A stretch of DNA of 64,000 bases from an uncultured bacterium. Lineage in GTDB: Bacteria; Planctomycetota; UBA1135; GCA-002686595. Shown here in pieces: positions 11,601 through 20,941 of this stretch. The notes beneath the pieces are model-generated. The model was given only the letters and a program-made list of their open reading frames with translations. It was not told where the DNA came from and did no database searches. The first letter of the stretch is position 1. Each line of letters starts with the position of its first letter. The translations under genes and the position numbers were made by a program. The stretch covers positions 992,001 through 1,056,000 of the forward strand of contig CALSNU010000001.1 in NCBI GenBank assembly GCA_943787795.1, read 5' to 3'.

Positions 11601-14600
11601 GAACGCGGCGGAACGCTTTGAGAAGGCGGGCTACATCGAGCGCTCGCTGGAGCGCTACCAGGCGGTGCTCGCGGCGAGCCCATCGGACATCGCGCTCCTC
11701 ACCAAGGTGGGGGAGCTGCGAGAGGCGCTCGGGGACGACGCCGCTGCCCTCGAGCTCTACCGCCGGGCCCATGGGATCCTGCTGGGTCGACGCCTGCTGC
11801 TGGAGAACAAGCGCGAGGAGGAGGAGGACAAGCTCCAGCGCTTCATGCCACGCAACGTGGACGAGCTGGACCAGTATGGAGAGCGCGTCCTGCAGGGGAT
11901 GCTCGCGACCATGACGGAGGCCGAGCTGGATGGCTTCCTCGGGGAGCAGGTCGGCGCCGTGGAGCTGGAGCTCCCGCGCGCCTTCGCGGCGGCGGATGCG
12001 GACCGCGGCGGCGAAGGGGTCGCGGCTGCGGCAAGGCGCATGGCCCAGCACCCGCGCCTGGCGAGCCGGGCCGAGATCGTCCGGCGCGTCAGCTTCGCGA
12101 CGGGCCGGGTGGACGCCGCCCAGGCGCTGGATCGCGTGCTGCTCGAGGCCTTCCCCGGGGATGAGCGGCTGCTCGAGGACGCCATGGTGTCCCGCGTTCG
12201 ATGGGGCCTGATCCCGCAGGCCACCGAGCTCCTCGCCAGGTTGAGCGAGGACGGCGGCGGCGCGGACCGCTGGCGCGCGCGGCTCGGGGGCGGTGGCGCG
12301 GAGGCGGATGGCGCTGCCGGGGCCGTTCCCTTTGATGAGGCGGTCGCCGCGGCGCTCCCCGCGGTCGCGGCGGGTGACCTCGATCGAGTCCGCGCCATCG
12401 TGCAGCGGGCCAACGTGGGCCGACTCGAGGACGACGAGCTGCAGGGCATGGCGGTGCTCTTCGCGGCCGCGAGGAGCGCGGACGACGAGGAGTTGGCGCT
12501 CCGCGTCGCCCGCGACTGGCTGCGGCTCTCCCTCGCGAGCTCGCCGAACCCCTATCAGGTCGAGGAGCTGATCGATGCCCTGGTGCCTGGCCTCGGGGAG
12601 GAGACCGGCCTCGCGCTCGCGCGCTACGTGGTCGGCCTGATCGTCGTCGACCCGGAGAAGAACTCCCGGCTCGTGCGGGTCCTGCCGAAGCTGGCGGACC
12701 GCTTCGGCGAGGCCGCGGTGTCGCCTGAGCAGGTGCAGGCGCTCGTGGACGGCTTCGGTGAGGCCTACGCCTTCGGGCTGGTCCCGGTCCTGCTCCTGCT
12801 CCCCGAGGAGGACCGCTCCTCGTCGCTGCGCTCGATCTGGTCGAAGCTCGAGGCCCAGGGTCGGGCCCGGTTCCTGCTCGGGATGATCGCCGAGGCCCCC
12901 GGGGAGCTCCCCGAGGAGATGGCGGACTTCATCCGTGACTCCCTGCCGGGGGCGCTGGAGGACGGCGCGGACCTGCTGGAGTTCTACGTGTCCAGGCTCC
13001 TGGACGTGCCCCACAGCCACCAGCTGGTGATCGACGTCTGCCAGGACATCCGTCCGTCGCTCGGCTCCAAGCTCGATGTGCTGGACGCCGCGATCGTGGT
13101 CCACCGTTGCGCGCTGGAGGGGCCCGAGGCGCTCGCGGACGAGGGCGCTGCGGTCTTCGCGACGCTCGCCGCGGACACCGAGGACGACTATCAGCGGCGT
13201 CAGGCCAGCGAGCAGCTCGCGGCGGCCTTTGAGGGCCCCGCGCGGGATGCATTCATGGCCGCGCTCGTGGAGCAGGCTCCCGCGTCGCCGACGGCGACGC
13301 CCCTGGACTTCGCCCGGGCGCAGCTCTATTCCAGCTGGGAGCGGCCCGCGGATGCGCTGGCGCTGCTCGAGGGGTTCGAGGTCGACGAGGAGACGGAGGG
13401 GCGGCGGCTCGACCTGATCCGTAGCGCCCAATCGAAGCTCGGTCGGGAGCTCGCCGCCGCGCAGACGCTGGTCCGTCGCGTCGCTGTGGCGGAGGACGAC
13501 GACGAGAAGAGGCGGCTGCTCAAGCAGGCGGTGCGCCTCTGGGAGCGGCTCGAGGCCCCCGAGATCGCGCTGGAGGCGCAGCGCATGCTCGACACCCTGG
13601 GCGACGAGGTTGAGCCGGGCGAGGCGGGCTTTATCCTCCCGCCGGGCACCCTGTCCCTCACGGTCGGGGGCGTCACCTACGACGCCGAGGACAAGCCCGA
13701 GAAGAAGGGGCTGCCGAAGACGTTCCGCGAGGTCCGCGAGGCGCTGAGCGCTGGCGACACCGAGGATGCGGCCCGCATCTTCCGTCGGGTCTGGCGGGAG
13801 TTTCCGGTGGGCCAGCCCGCGGCGCGCATGTCGTCCTTCTTCTTCTTCCGCCGTTCTCCTCTGGGAAACCTGCGCTGGCCGGGGGCGCCCGCTCCCGCGG
13901 GCGATGACCCCGGAGCCGAGGCTCGGAGGCAGGGAGGGCTCTTGGCGTTCCGTGCGCCGGACGCCCCCGAGCGGCCGCCGGCGCCCGACGCCTACGAGAA
14001 GCTCGCGGCCTATCCCGAGATCGTGGCGGAGCAGGAGCGCTACCTGCGCGGCGTGCAGCCGGCGGAGCTGGACCGCATCCAGAAGCTCACCCGGGGCATG
14101 CTCCAGGCCGAGGTACGCGAACGCGGCGCCGAGGTGGTGCTCGCGGAGCTCCTTGGCGAGGTGAAGCGGACCGGCGGGCGGCTCGCGCAGATTCAGCTCC
14201 TGACGCTGCTGGACCTCAACCCCGAGCTGATCACCGGCGAGGCGGCGGCCGCGCTCGAGGGGCTGGTGAGCACCATGCCGCCCATGGACGCGGCGCAGGT
14301 CATGCGCCTTGCACGGACGCTCCTCCGCAGCGGCGACCGCGGCATGGCGCTGCGGTTGTACGAGTGGTGCGCCCTGATCGGTATCGCCAGTGATAGCCCC
14401 TTCAACGACGATGGCGCCTACGTGATCTCGAGCGTGCCGCTGCCCGAGCTCATCGACGACGTGAAGAAAAACCTCGTGGGGGAGGAGCGCGTCGCGCCGA
14501 TCGCTGCGCTGCTGCAGAGCGTGTCGGGGGGCCGCCCCTGGGAGATGGAGCGCACCCAGACCCTGGCGGTGAAGACCTGGGCTGAGCTCGTCGAACCCGA

Positions 14601-15408
14601 GGAGGCGCTCCAGCGACTGGGCCCGATCGCCGTGGATGCTCTGGACCTCGCCAAGGGTCTGCAGCGCTCGGTCGCCGTGCAGCTCGCTCCCCTCTACCTC
14701 GCCACCGGGGACGAGGAGCGGGCGCTCCGCGCCTTGGAGGTCGGGACCGCGCGGTTCAGCGCGTCCGAGGTCGGCAATCCCGACATGTTCTGGATGGCCG
14801 AACCAGGAGCGCCCGAGCGGATCCCCCGGGACGTCCTCGAGGCCGTCCTGCCCGAGGCCGGGGAGGGGCTCGAGGACCCCGGCCGGTGGTTCGCGCGCCT
14901 CGCGGAGAGTCACCTGGCCTGGCTCGAGGATGGGCGGCTGCTGGACTCCTCCGCCGTGGAGGCGCTCGCGCTCTGCGCCGTGCGCATGGGGGAGGTCGGG
15001 CTTGGCGCCGAGGGCATGGCGCTGGCCCTCGAGCTCGCTGACCTCGAGAACATCCACGCGCGGTCGAGGCTCTGGGTGGTGGACGCCCTTCGTGAGCTGG
15101 GCGGCGACGAGGCGGCGAGCCGCATCGAGGTGGGGATGCTCACCGACGGCGAGCTGGTGACCTCGCGGCTGGCGAGCGTCGTCGAGGGCGTGCTCGAGCG
15201 GGAGGGCCCCGAGGCCGCGTTTGCCATCGCGGCGACGACGGCCGCCTTCTCGCACCCCGAAGCCCTCATGACGGTGCTGATCCGGGCGGCCTCCCAGACC
15301 GGAGACGAGGACGCCGTGGCAAGGTGGACCGAGGTCGCAGAGAAGGCGGCGCGCGCCGCCGCGGACCTGAAGGCCAAGAAGGAGGAGAACGCCTCCAAGA
15401 ACCGATGA
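8695..15408 (+). CDS. Giant secreted TPR-repeat protein (2237 aa)
   Basis: Signal-peptide-like N-terminus, many helical TPR-like repeats (e.g. 'EAIDAYRRGLVAHPERIDSYLLMA'), ATGA overlaps at both ends. Confidence 0.85.
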   Translation: MTDAPRAMNRLALALALAFTGSVSTEPLAAQSIQGVRIPAQGFAALKGASAMKQGGAVTVINNAAGQEGPAPPAPELEPVVKELPPELLARLAGLEGQGLDAAAARSEAGALFSAAAAYPGGVDLLKDELRKLSRGKSDAVTTRRILGWVAWRHGDLKDAAREFKRLAKDEGDLDSRLAHAQLLDARGEAEDALEAYGALLPDIEDPEQRTRLRLRMALMSMETGGEDQKDALASFASEPGVTPALRNRCATVLALLGRPGEAAALYVVPSVAPDGAPTDEVKRRRKAAANGELRVAEWSIGAQDWTRAQDAAWRGVHLSTVARERRYGLTLLAEAHRGDGSLPALLERFDAERAGLPAEARRMWIELLRETGETDEAIAMTQGDSAATFSREDRVRLLEMYREADRVEEMLAVYGEWIAGEPGELLWRQGLCRYHLENGDRAAAIEVWESWFSEIGPGAAEPSSVLEAAEMLRSLGLDDLAIRAAERVVDGAELRETALLFLFELSLERGRIDAARMSLDRLDELAPAGSAARMPLSDGYERIGELEGAVRTLEGVRAARGEGRAGEDLEMRLAWLYSEVGREEQALELWRELWLRVKSLSRRRFVEDRMMTVAARLGVLADIAIDIERKLVRGEATDRDSGLLVRLYTKVGDAVSAAEIIDEFLKLKGGSELEALSEKARVYLACNDFFNYEEAVGRLIDIDPDGRPDYYRQLAMSQLERGRPDEARTTLMRLQELPGGDDTSAEFEAGVLSLSGMREEAIDAYRRGLVAHPERIDSYLLMAGLMKQVKQSDRAVGMFQFLAETAPKDDVFTIAIDGLLNMLVEAPPRPEMVQWARRITLERLAGREDAAYLYQLLADLAEETGDDEAQVTALQSLLASAGPRRASVLRELMELSKPARASFNVKGRKGDEAQLLAFGRRLVGLGEMVPPEVFLDLGDAFLEAGDERSAARTFDLTREFPDGEMYQKNAAERFEKAGYIERSLERYQAVLAASPSDIALLTKVGELREALGDDAAALELYRRAHGILLGRRLLLENKREEEEDKLQRFMPRNVDELDQYGERVLQGMLATMTEAELDGFLGEQVGAVELELPRAFAAADADRGGEGVAAAARRMAQHPRLASRAEIVRRVSFATGRVDAAQALDRVLLEAFPGDERLLEDAMVSRVRWGLIPQATELLARLSEDGGGADRWRARLGGGGAEADGAAGAVPFDEAVAAALPAVAAGDLDRVRAIVQRANVGRLEDDELQGMAVLFAAARSADDEELALRVARDWLRLSLASSPNPYQVEELIDALVPGLGEETGLALARYVVGLIVVDPEKNSRLVRVLPKLADRFGEAAVSPEQVQALVDGFGEAYAFGLVPVLLLLPEEDRSSSLRSIWSKLEAQGRARFLLGMIAEAPGELPEEMADFIRDSLPGALEDGADLLEFYVSRLLDVPHSHQLVIDVCQDIRPSLGSKLDVLDAAIVVHRCALEGPEALADEGAAVFATLAADTEDDYQRRQASEQLAAAFEGPARDAFMAALVEQAPASPTATPLDFARAQLYSSWERPADALALLEGFEVDEETEGRRLDLIRSAQSKLGRELAAAQTLVRRVAVAEDDDEKRRLLKQAVRLWERLEAPEIALEAQRMLDTLGDEVEPGEAGFILPPGTLSLTVGGVTYDAEDKPEKKGLPKTFREVREALSAGDTEDAARIFRRVWREFPVGQPAARMSSFFFFRRSPLGNLRWPGAPAPAGDDPGAEARRQGGLLAFRAPDAPERPPAPDAYEKLAAYPEIVAEQERYLRGVQPAELDRIQKLTRGMLQAEVRERGAEVVLAELLGEVKRTGGRLAQIQLLTLLDLNPELITGEAAAALEGLVSTMPPMDAAQVMRLARTLLRSGDRGMALRLYEWCALIGIASDSPFNDDGAYVISSVPLPELIDDVKKNLVGEERVAPIAALLQSVSGGRPWEMERTQTLAVKTWAELVEPEEALQRLGPIAVDALDLAKGLQRSVAVQLAPLYLATGDEERALRALEVGTARFSASEVGNPDMFWMAEPGAPERIPRDVLEAVLPEAGEGLEDPGRWFARLAESHLAWLEDGRLLDSSAVEALALCAVRMGEVGLGAEGMALALELADLENIHARSRLWVVDALRELGGDEAASRIEVGMLTDGELVTSRLASVVEGVLEREGPEAAFAIAATTAAFSHPEALMTVLIRAASQTGDEDAVARWTEVAEKAARAAADLKAKKEENASKNR

Positions 15409-16448
15409 TGGACCTCCTCACGCTGATGATCGCCGGGGTCCTCACCCCATCCGATACTGACCTCTGGGTCAGCTACCCGGGCGCCGGGGACGACGCTCCC
15501 CACGTCGTGCTCATCGCAGGCGACGAGGAGTACCGCAGCGAGGAGGCGCTCCCGCAGCTGGGCAAGATCCTGTCCGTCCACCACGGGGTCCGCTGCACGG
15601 TCCTGTTTCCGATCGACCCGCAAAGCGGCGAGATTGTCCCCACCTGCCTCGACAACATCCCGGGGCTCGAGGCGCTCGAGACCGCGGACCTGATGGTCAT
15701 CGCGACGCGCTTCCGCGACCTGCCCGACGAGCAGATGCAGCACATCGACGCCTACCTGAAGGCGGGCAAGCCGGTGCTCGGGTTGCGCACGGCCACGCAC
15801 GGCTTCCGCAACGCGAAGGACGGGCCGTGGGCTCACTACGCGAACGGATACAACGGGCCCAGGTCGGAGTGGAAGGGCGGCTTTGGGCGCCTGGTGCTCG
15901 GGGAGAAGTGGGTGGCCCATCACGGCGCCCACGGGAGCCAGAGCTCACGCGGCATCCTCGCGCCCGATCAGGCGAAGCACCCTGCGCTGCGCGGGCTCTC
16001 CGATGGCGACGTATGGGGCCCCAGCGACGTGTACAGGGTCCGGATGCCCATGCTCGAGGGGACCGAGGTGGTCATGCTCGGCCAGGTCCTCGACCGTGCC
16101 GGCCCCGGCGAGGACGGGGACCCGCTCATGGGCATGCGTCCGGACGACCGCGTGGCCGAGGGGGCCCGAAACGACCCGCTGATGCCGCTCGCCTGGTTCC
16201 GAGCCTACGAGCTCCCCGGCGGCAAGCCGGGCAAGGCCTTCACCTCGACGCTCGGGGCCTCGACGGATCTCGTGGCGCCAGGATCTCGGCGGATGCTCAT
16301 CAACGCGGCGCTGCATCTGCTCGGCCGCGAGGTCCCAAAGGGCGGGGCGGAGGTGGCGCTCGTGGGGACCTACGAGCCCTCGCGTTTTGCCTTCGGTCGA
16401 TACCGGGCGGGCCTTCGCCCGGCGGACTACGCCCTCGAGAGCCGCTGA
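15405..16448 (+). CDS. ThuA-like domain protein
   Basis: 'HVVLIAGDEEYRSEEALPQLGKIL', 'IPGLEALETADL', 'GKPVLGLRTATHGF'. ATG overlaps the upstream TGA. Confidence 0.85.
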   Translation: MMDLLTLMIAGVLTPSDTDLWVSYPGAGDDAPHVVLIAGDEEYRSEEALPQLGKILSVHHGVRCTVLFPIDPQSGEIVPTCLDNIPGLEALETADLMVIATRFRDLPDEQMQHIDAYLKAGKPVLGLRTATHGFRNAKDGPWAHYANGYNGPRSEWKGGFGRLVLGEKWVAHHGAHGSQSSRGILAPDQAKHPALRGLSDGDVWGPSDVYRVRMPMLEGTEVVMLGQVLDRAGPGEDGDPLMGMRPDDRVAEGARNDPLMPLAWFRAYELPGGKPGKAFTSTLGASTDLVAPGSRRMLINAALHLLGREVPKGGAEVALVGTYEPSRFAFGRYRAGLRPADYALESR

Positions 16449-16472
16449 GGGTCCCCGCGCCCGGGCGGAGCG

Positions 16473-16584
16473 GCAGAGGACTCAGGCGGCAGAGGACTCA
16501 GGCAGCAGAGGACTCAGGCAGCAGAGGACTCAGGCAGCAGAGGACTCAGGCAGCAGAGGACTCAGGCAGCAGAGGACTCAGGCA
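16473..16584. repeat. Intergenic tandem repeat, 7 x 16 bp (GCAGAGGACTCAGGCA)
   Basis: Six exact copies and one with a single mismatch, no spacers. A degenerate copy lies at about 16601-16616. Confidence 0.97.
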
Positions 16585-16729
16585 GCTGGAAACCCGGCCG
16601 GCAGCGGACTCAGACTCCGGGGAATCCAGGCGGCAGGGAAGTGGTGCGGCCAGGGAATGGGGTTCTCGCGCGCCCCTGCCGCGTCAGCGATCCCACAATG
16701 TCGGGCCACCGATGACCCCGCCAGGATTC

Positions 16730-17776
16730 ATGCTCACGAGAACCACCCTCACCCTGTTGCTCCTCGCGGCGCCGCTCCACGCCGCCGCCCCCGCGCCCCA
16801 GCAGAAGTCGAGCTGGCCGCCGCCCCGCGCGAGCGTGTCCGACGCCCTCCGGGACTGCCAGGTGGAGAAGCCCGAGAAGCTCTTCACGGTCGAGCGGGTG
16901 GTGGATGGGGACACGATCTACATCCAGCGCAACGGCGCGCGCGAGAAGCTCCGGCTGCTCTCGGTGGACACCGAAGAGAAGTACATGGGGGGCAAGGACA
17001 TCTCCGCGTCCAAGCCTTCCACCCGCTTCGCCGAGCAGTCCACTGGCTGGGCCACCGGCTTCTTCCTGCCCCGGAGCCCGGACGAGGGCCCGGCGAAGGT
17101 CGGCCTTCGGTTCCCCGGTGGCGAGGAGGCCCGCGACATCTACGGCCGGCTCCTCTGCCACGTGGTGACCAAGGAGGGGATCGACTTCAATCTGCTCCTG
17201 GTCCGCATGGGGCACAGCCCGTACTTCAACAAGTACGGCAACAGCCGCCTCGACCACGAGCGCTTCCTCGCGGCGCAGCGGACGGCCATGGCCGAGAAGC
17301 TCGGGATCTGGGATTCGAAGACCAACGAGGGCGGAAAGCGCCGGGACTATTCCAGGCTGATGGCCTGGTGGACGGCACGGGCTACGGCCATCGACGACTT
17401 CCGGGCCCGCGCGACGGCCAGCCCGAAGCGGTTCGTGGCCTGCGATGATCCGGACCGGCTGGAGGCGGCGCTCGAGGCCGGCGGCGGAGAGGTCACGCTC
17501 CTGGCCTCGGTCGATCGATTCTTCGACGAGGACGACGGCTCCTGGACGATCTTGCTGCGCTCGGGAGACCGCAAGCGGGCGGTCCGCGTCGGCGTCCCGG
17601 CATCGGGGCGCGCTGCACTCGAGGCCCTCGACCTGCCCGGGACCAAGGACGAATTCAGACAGAACTACCTGCTGGTCACCGGCCAGCTGACCCGCGGCCC
17701 GCGGGGGTTCCGTCTGGAGGGAGTGGGGGCCTCCGACTGGCGGCGCGCGGGCCCGGAGCCCGCGACCGGGGGCTAG
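16730..17776 (+). CDS. Secreted thermonuclease (staphylococcal nuclease family) with C-terminal extension
   Basis: Signal peptide MLTRTTLTLLLLAAPLHA. 'VERVVDGDTI', 'KLRLLSVDTEE', 'RDIYGRLLCHV', 'NLLLVRMG', 'AQRTAMAEKLGIW'. The long 15827 start in the ORF track is spurious. Confidence 0.9.
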   Translation: MLTRTTLTLLLLAAPLHAAAPAPQQKSSWPPPRASVSDALRDCQVEKPEKLFTVERVVDGDTIYIQRNGAREKLRLLSVDTEEKYMGGKDISASKPSTRFAEQSTGWATGFFLPRSPDEGPAKVGLRFPGGEEARDIYGRLLCHVVTKEGIDFNLLLVRMGHSPYFNKYGNSRLDHERFLAAQRTAMAEKLGIWDSKTNEGGKRRDYSRLMAWWTARATAIDDFRARATASPKRFVACDDPDRLEAALEAGGGEVTLLASVDRFFDEDDGSWTILLRSGDRKRAVRVGVPASGRAALEALDLPGTKDEFRQNYLLVTGQLTRGPRGFRLEGVGASDWRRAGPEPATGG

Positions 17777-17959
17777 AGCCGCTGAATCGAGGTCGGCGGA
17801 CATCCCCTGGACGGTCCACACGCAGGGGACTTGGGGGTCTTCAGAGCGGTGAGTGCGTAAGTCCTTGGACTGTCGCCAGCGGGTGGAGTGAATTGTGGGC
17901 GCCGCTCCGTAAACTCCTGTTGGCCGCAATAGATCCTGCCCGGCGGCGTAGTGCACACC

Positions 17960-19513
17960 ATGCGAGCATCCCTCCGAATCGTCCTCCTCGCCATCTTCGT
18001 CCTGGTGGCGATCCCCTCGACCGGGCTCGCCCAGAAGGTGGCTCGCAAGCCGGTGGCGTGCCCCGAGCACGGCTTCCAGTTCAAGCCGCTCGACAATTTC
18101 GACGCGGTCCCCATCGACAGCGGACGTGGCGGCACCGAGGCCCTCAAGTTCGCCCAGGATCGCCGGGAGCTCACCGCTCACGCCTTTGAATCGGAGGGCC
18201 CCTCGGAGGAGGTCGAAGAGGGGAGCACCGTCGCCAAGAAGCGGCGTCGCAGCATCGTCGGGTACCTGAAGCGGTACAAGGGCTTCACGGACAAGGTGGG
18301 CAAGAATCCGCAGGTCGACGAGATGGTCGAGGTCGACGGAGTCGACGCGAAGCACCTGCGGTTCGAGCTGGACGGGTACATGCTGGACGTGTGGTCGTTC
18401 CCCCTGAAGCACGCGGACATCCACCTGATCTATCTCATCCCAGGGGAGGTCAATCGCAAGTGGGAGAAGGCCATCCGCCAGTCCGCTGAGTCCTTCGAGC
18501 TGATCGAGCGGGTCGAGGCGGAGGAGATCGATACGACCACGCGGAGCTTCGAGTCTCAGTTTGCCTGGGCCGAGGCCGAGGCCGCCAAGGTCGAGGGCTG
18601 GCGCGCCATCGGCACCCCCTCCAAGCGCTTCGTTGTGCTGACCAACGCGACCAAGAAAGCCTTCATCAAAGAGGTCCTCAAGCGGCTCGAGGTGTCCCGA
18701 GACATCTACGAGCAGGACTTCCCCCCGTCCGCGGAGTTCAAAGCGGTGTCGGTGATCCGCATCTGTAAGGACCGCGAGGAGTTCCAGCGCTTCAGTGGCG
18801 CCCCTCCCGGCGCGGCCGGGTACTTCAGCCCGCAGTCGGTCGAGCTGGTCCTCTACGACAACGTGGAGACCGATCGCAACTCGACCTACGCGGTGGTGAG
18901 CCACGAGGCCTTCCACCAGTACTGCCACTTCCTCTTCGGCCAGTCCGAGGCGCACCGCTGGTTCGACGAGGGGCACGGGGACTACTACGGCGGGATGAGG
19001 GTCGCGGGCAGCCGCGGAAAGATCACGCCCAAGATGCCCGCTGGCCTCGACCGCCTCTCGGTGATCAGGGACATGGTCCGTGAGGAGTCCTACAAGCCGC
19101 TCTCCGAGCACCTCTACTACAACCACCGCCAGTGGCAGTCGCAGGGGCCCTCGAACGTGAGCTGCTACGCCCAGTCGTGGTCGGTCATCTACATGCTCCG
19201 CCAGGGCGCCCTGCGCAAGGTGAGCCGCAAGGTGTGGAAGGACGAGTACGCGGACATCATCCCGAACTATGTCTCGACCCTGAACCAGGGCTTCCAGGAC
19301 GCCTACAAGGAGATCCGCGAGAAGCGGATCGAGCAGGCGAAGAAGAGGGACCGCGAGCTCGATCCCAGCGACCTGAAGATCAACCGCTTCGACCTCGACC
19401 CGCGCCAGAAGCAGAAGATCTGGGACGCCGCGATGGAGGCCTCATGGGGGCAGGTCGACCTCGACGAGTTCGAGAAGGACTGGGTGCTCTACATTCAGAA
19501 GTACCTCAAGTGA
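17960..19513 (+). CDS. Secreted DUF1570-like zinc metallopeptidase-domain protein
   Basis: Signal peptide; 'AGYFSP', 'SHEAFHQY' (HExxH), 'WFDEGHGDYY', 'YAQSWSVIYML'. Confidence 0.85.
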   Translation: MRASLRIVLLAIFVLVAIPSTGLAQKVARKPVACPEHGFQFKPLDNFDAVPIDSGRGGTEALKFAQDRRELTAHAFESEGPSEEVEEGSTVAKKRRRSIVGYLKRYKGFTDKVGKNPQVDEMVEVDGVDAKHLRFELDGYMLDVWSFPLKHADIHLIYLIPGEVNRKWEKAIRQSAESFELIERVEAEEIDTTTRSFESQFAWAEAEAAKVEGWRAIGTPSKRFVVLTNATKKAFIKEVLKRLEVSRDIYEQDFPPSAEFKAVSVIRICKDREEFQRFSGAPPGAAGYFSPQSVELVLYDNVETDRNSTYAVVSHEAFHQYCHFLFGQSEAHRWFDEGHGDYYGGMRVAGSRGKITPKMPAGLDRLSVIRDMVREESYKPLSEHLYYNHRQWQSQGPSNVSCYAQSWSVIYMLRQGALRKVSRKVWKDEYADIIPNYVSTLNQGFQDAYKEIREKRIEQAKKRDRELDPSDLKINRFDLDPRQKQKIWDAAMEASWGQVDLDEFEKDWVLYIQKYLK

Positions 19514-19590
19514 TGCCCTGCCTCGGTGTCCTCCACGTGGCGTCCTCCACGCACTGCAGCCCAGGCGAGGCCGGGTTCGAGGCGCTCCCG

Positions 19591-19758
19591 GCGCCGAGGT
19601 CGCCGCGCCGAGGTCGCCGCGCAGAGGTCGCCGCGCAGTGATCGCCGCGCAGAGGTCACCGCGCAGATGTCACCGTGCAGAGGTCACCGCGCAGAGGTCA
19701 CCGTGCAGTGATCTCAGCGCAGTGATCTCAGCGCAGTGCTGACGGCGCAGCGCTGACC
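19591..19758. repeat. Intergenic degenerate tandem repeat, about 12 x 14 bp (consensus GCGCAGAGGTCACC)
   Basis: Strict 14-bp periodicity with progressive drift: GCGCCGAGGTCGCC > GCGCAGAGGTCACC > GCGCAGTGATCTCA > GCGCAGCGCTGACC. Confidence 0.93.
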
Positions 19759-19867
19759 GTGCTGACGTGGCAGAGCTCACCGCGTAGAAGGGGCGGCGGC
19801 GGAGGCCCTTGTCCAAGTCCCTGGCCGGAGCTGAATCGGGCCGCCGCGCAGGTTCGAACAGCCCAGC

Positions 19868-20788
19868 ATGGAATTCGGCCGCCTACCCGATGTCCGCGGT
19901 GTGGACTTCACCCTGCCCGTCGACCCCGCTCGGAACCGCCCGCTCCTTGAGGGGGCGCGTGCTGCGTCTCCATTGGGCGACGGTGACCTCCGCCTGGGGC
20001 TCCCCAGCTGGTCGGACCCAGGGCTCGCGGGCCGGCTCGGCGGGAAGAGTCCGGCCGGGGTGCTGCGGGCCCACAGCGCTGCGGTCCCATCGAACGAGCT
20101 GAACTCCACGTTCTACGGCTACACCGTGGAGCGCTTCACCCGCTGGGCGGCGGCGGTCCCTGAGGGGTTCCTGTTCTGCCCCAAGCTCCCACGCGCGATC
20201 ACTCACGATGGGATGCTCGAGGGCGTGGAGGAGGAGATGGGGGCCTTCGTCCGCGCGACCGAATCCCTGGGTGCCCACCGCGGGCTCACCTGGTTCGCGC
20301 TCCCCCCCTTCTTCGGCGCGGAGCGCCTGGGAACCTTGGCCGCGTTCCTGGATGAGTGGGCCGGCGAGCTGCCTCTCGCGCTAGAGGTGCGCGACCCCAG
20401 CTGGTTCAGGGACCCCGGGGCGACCGAGGCGCTCTTCGGGCTGCTGGAGGCCCTGTCCGTGACGGCGATCATCACCGACACCGCGGGCCGCAGGGACTGC
20501 GCTCACATGGCCCTCTCGACCCCGAAGACGCTCATTCGCTTCGTGGGGAACGGGCTCCACCCCTCGGACTTCGAGCGACTCGATCGATGGGCGGAGCGGC
20601 TCCTGGGCTGGGTGAACAATGGGCTCCAGCAGGCGTTCGTCTTCTTCCACCAGCAGGATGAGGCGCAGACCGTCGACCTCGCCGAGCACCTGGAGCGCCG
20701 GTTCGCGGCCGCGGGCCGCCCCGTACTGGGGCCCTGGCGAAGCGCCTCCGGGTTCATCCCCCCCGGCGCTCAGCTCGGGCTCTTCTGA
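19868..20788 (+). CDS. DUF72 (YecE-like) protein
   Basis: 'ELNSTFY', 'VPEGFLFCPKLPRAITH', 'LALEVRDPSWF', 'ITDTAGRRD', 'IRFVGN'. Confidence 0.92.
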   Translation: MEFGRLPDVRGVDFTLPVDPARNRPLLEGARAASPLGDGDLRLGLPSWSDPGLAGRLGGKSPAGVLRAHSAAVPSNELNSTFYGYTVERFTRWAAAVPEGFLFCPKLPRAITHDGMLEGVEEEMGAFVRATESLGAHRGLTWFALPPFFGAERLGTLAAFLDEWAGELPLALEVRDPSWFRDPGATEALFGLLEALSVTAIITDTAGRRDCAHMALSTPKTLIRFVGNGLHPSDFERLDRWAERLLGWVNNGLQQAFVFFHQQDEAQTVDLAEHLERRFAAAGRPVLGPWRSASGFIPPGAQLGLF

Positions 20789-20941
20789 TGGGGCACCCCG
20801 CCCGCCCTTTCCCAACCGATACAACGCCGTTGGCGGGATCTCGCATGGTCGGCGTGACCTCCGGGATGCCGAGCGGTTCAGATCAGCTCTCTGGCTGGGC
20901 CTCCCTCTCCCGGCCGACCCGTTCCACTTGACCGTAGACCC

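Noticed and set aside
10714..15255. 1513-aa minus-strand ORF, and similar long antisense ORFs (16610-19126, 49557-52745, 62072-63829)
   Set aside because: Shadow frames of high-GC genes on the opposite strand, with no recognisable motifs.
16473..16584. CRISPR array
   Set aside because: Units are contiguous 16-mers with no spacers, and there are no cas genes in the window. The same applies to the arrays at 19591, 28129 and 48211.
15827..16729. N-terminal extension of the nuclease ORF through the repeat
   Set aside because: It overlaps the ThuA-like gene out of frame, and a clean signal peptide begins at 16730.
19820..19867. tRNA-like GGTTCGAA
   Set aside because: No cloverleaf or acceptor stem.
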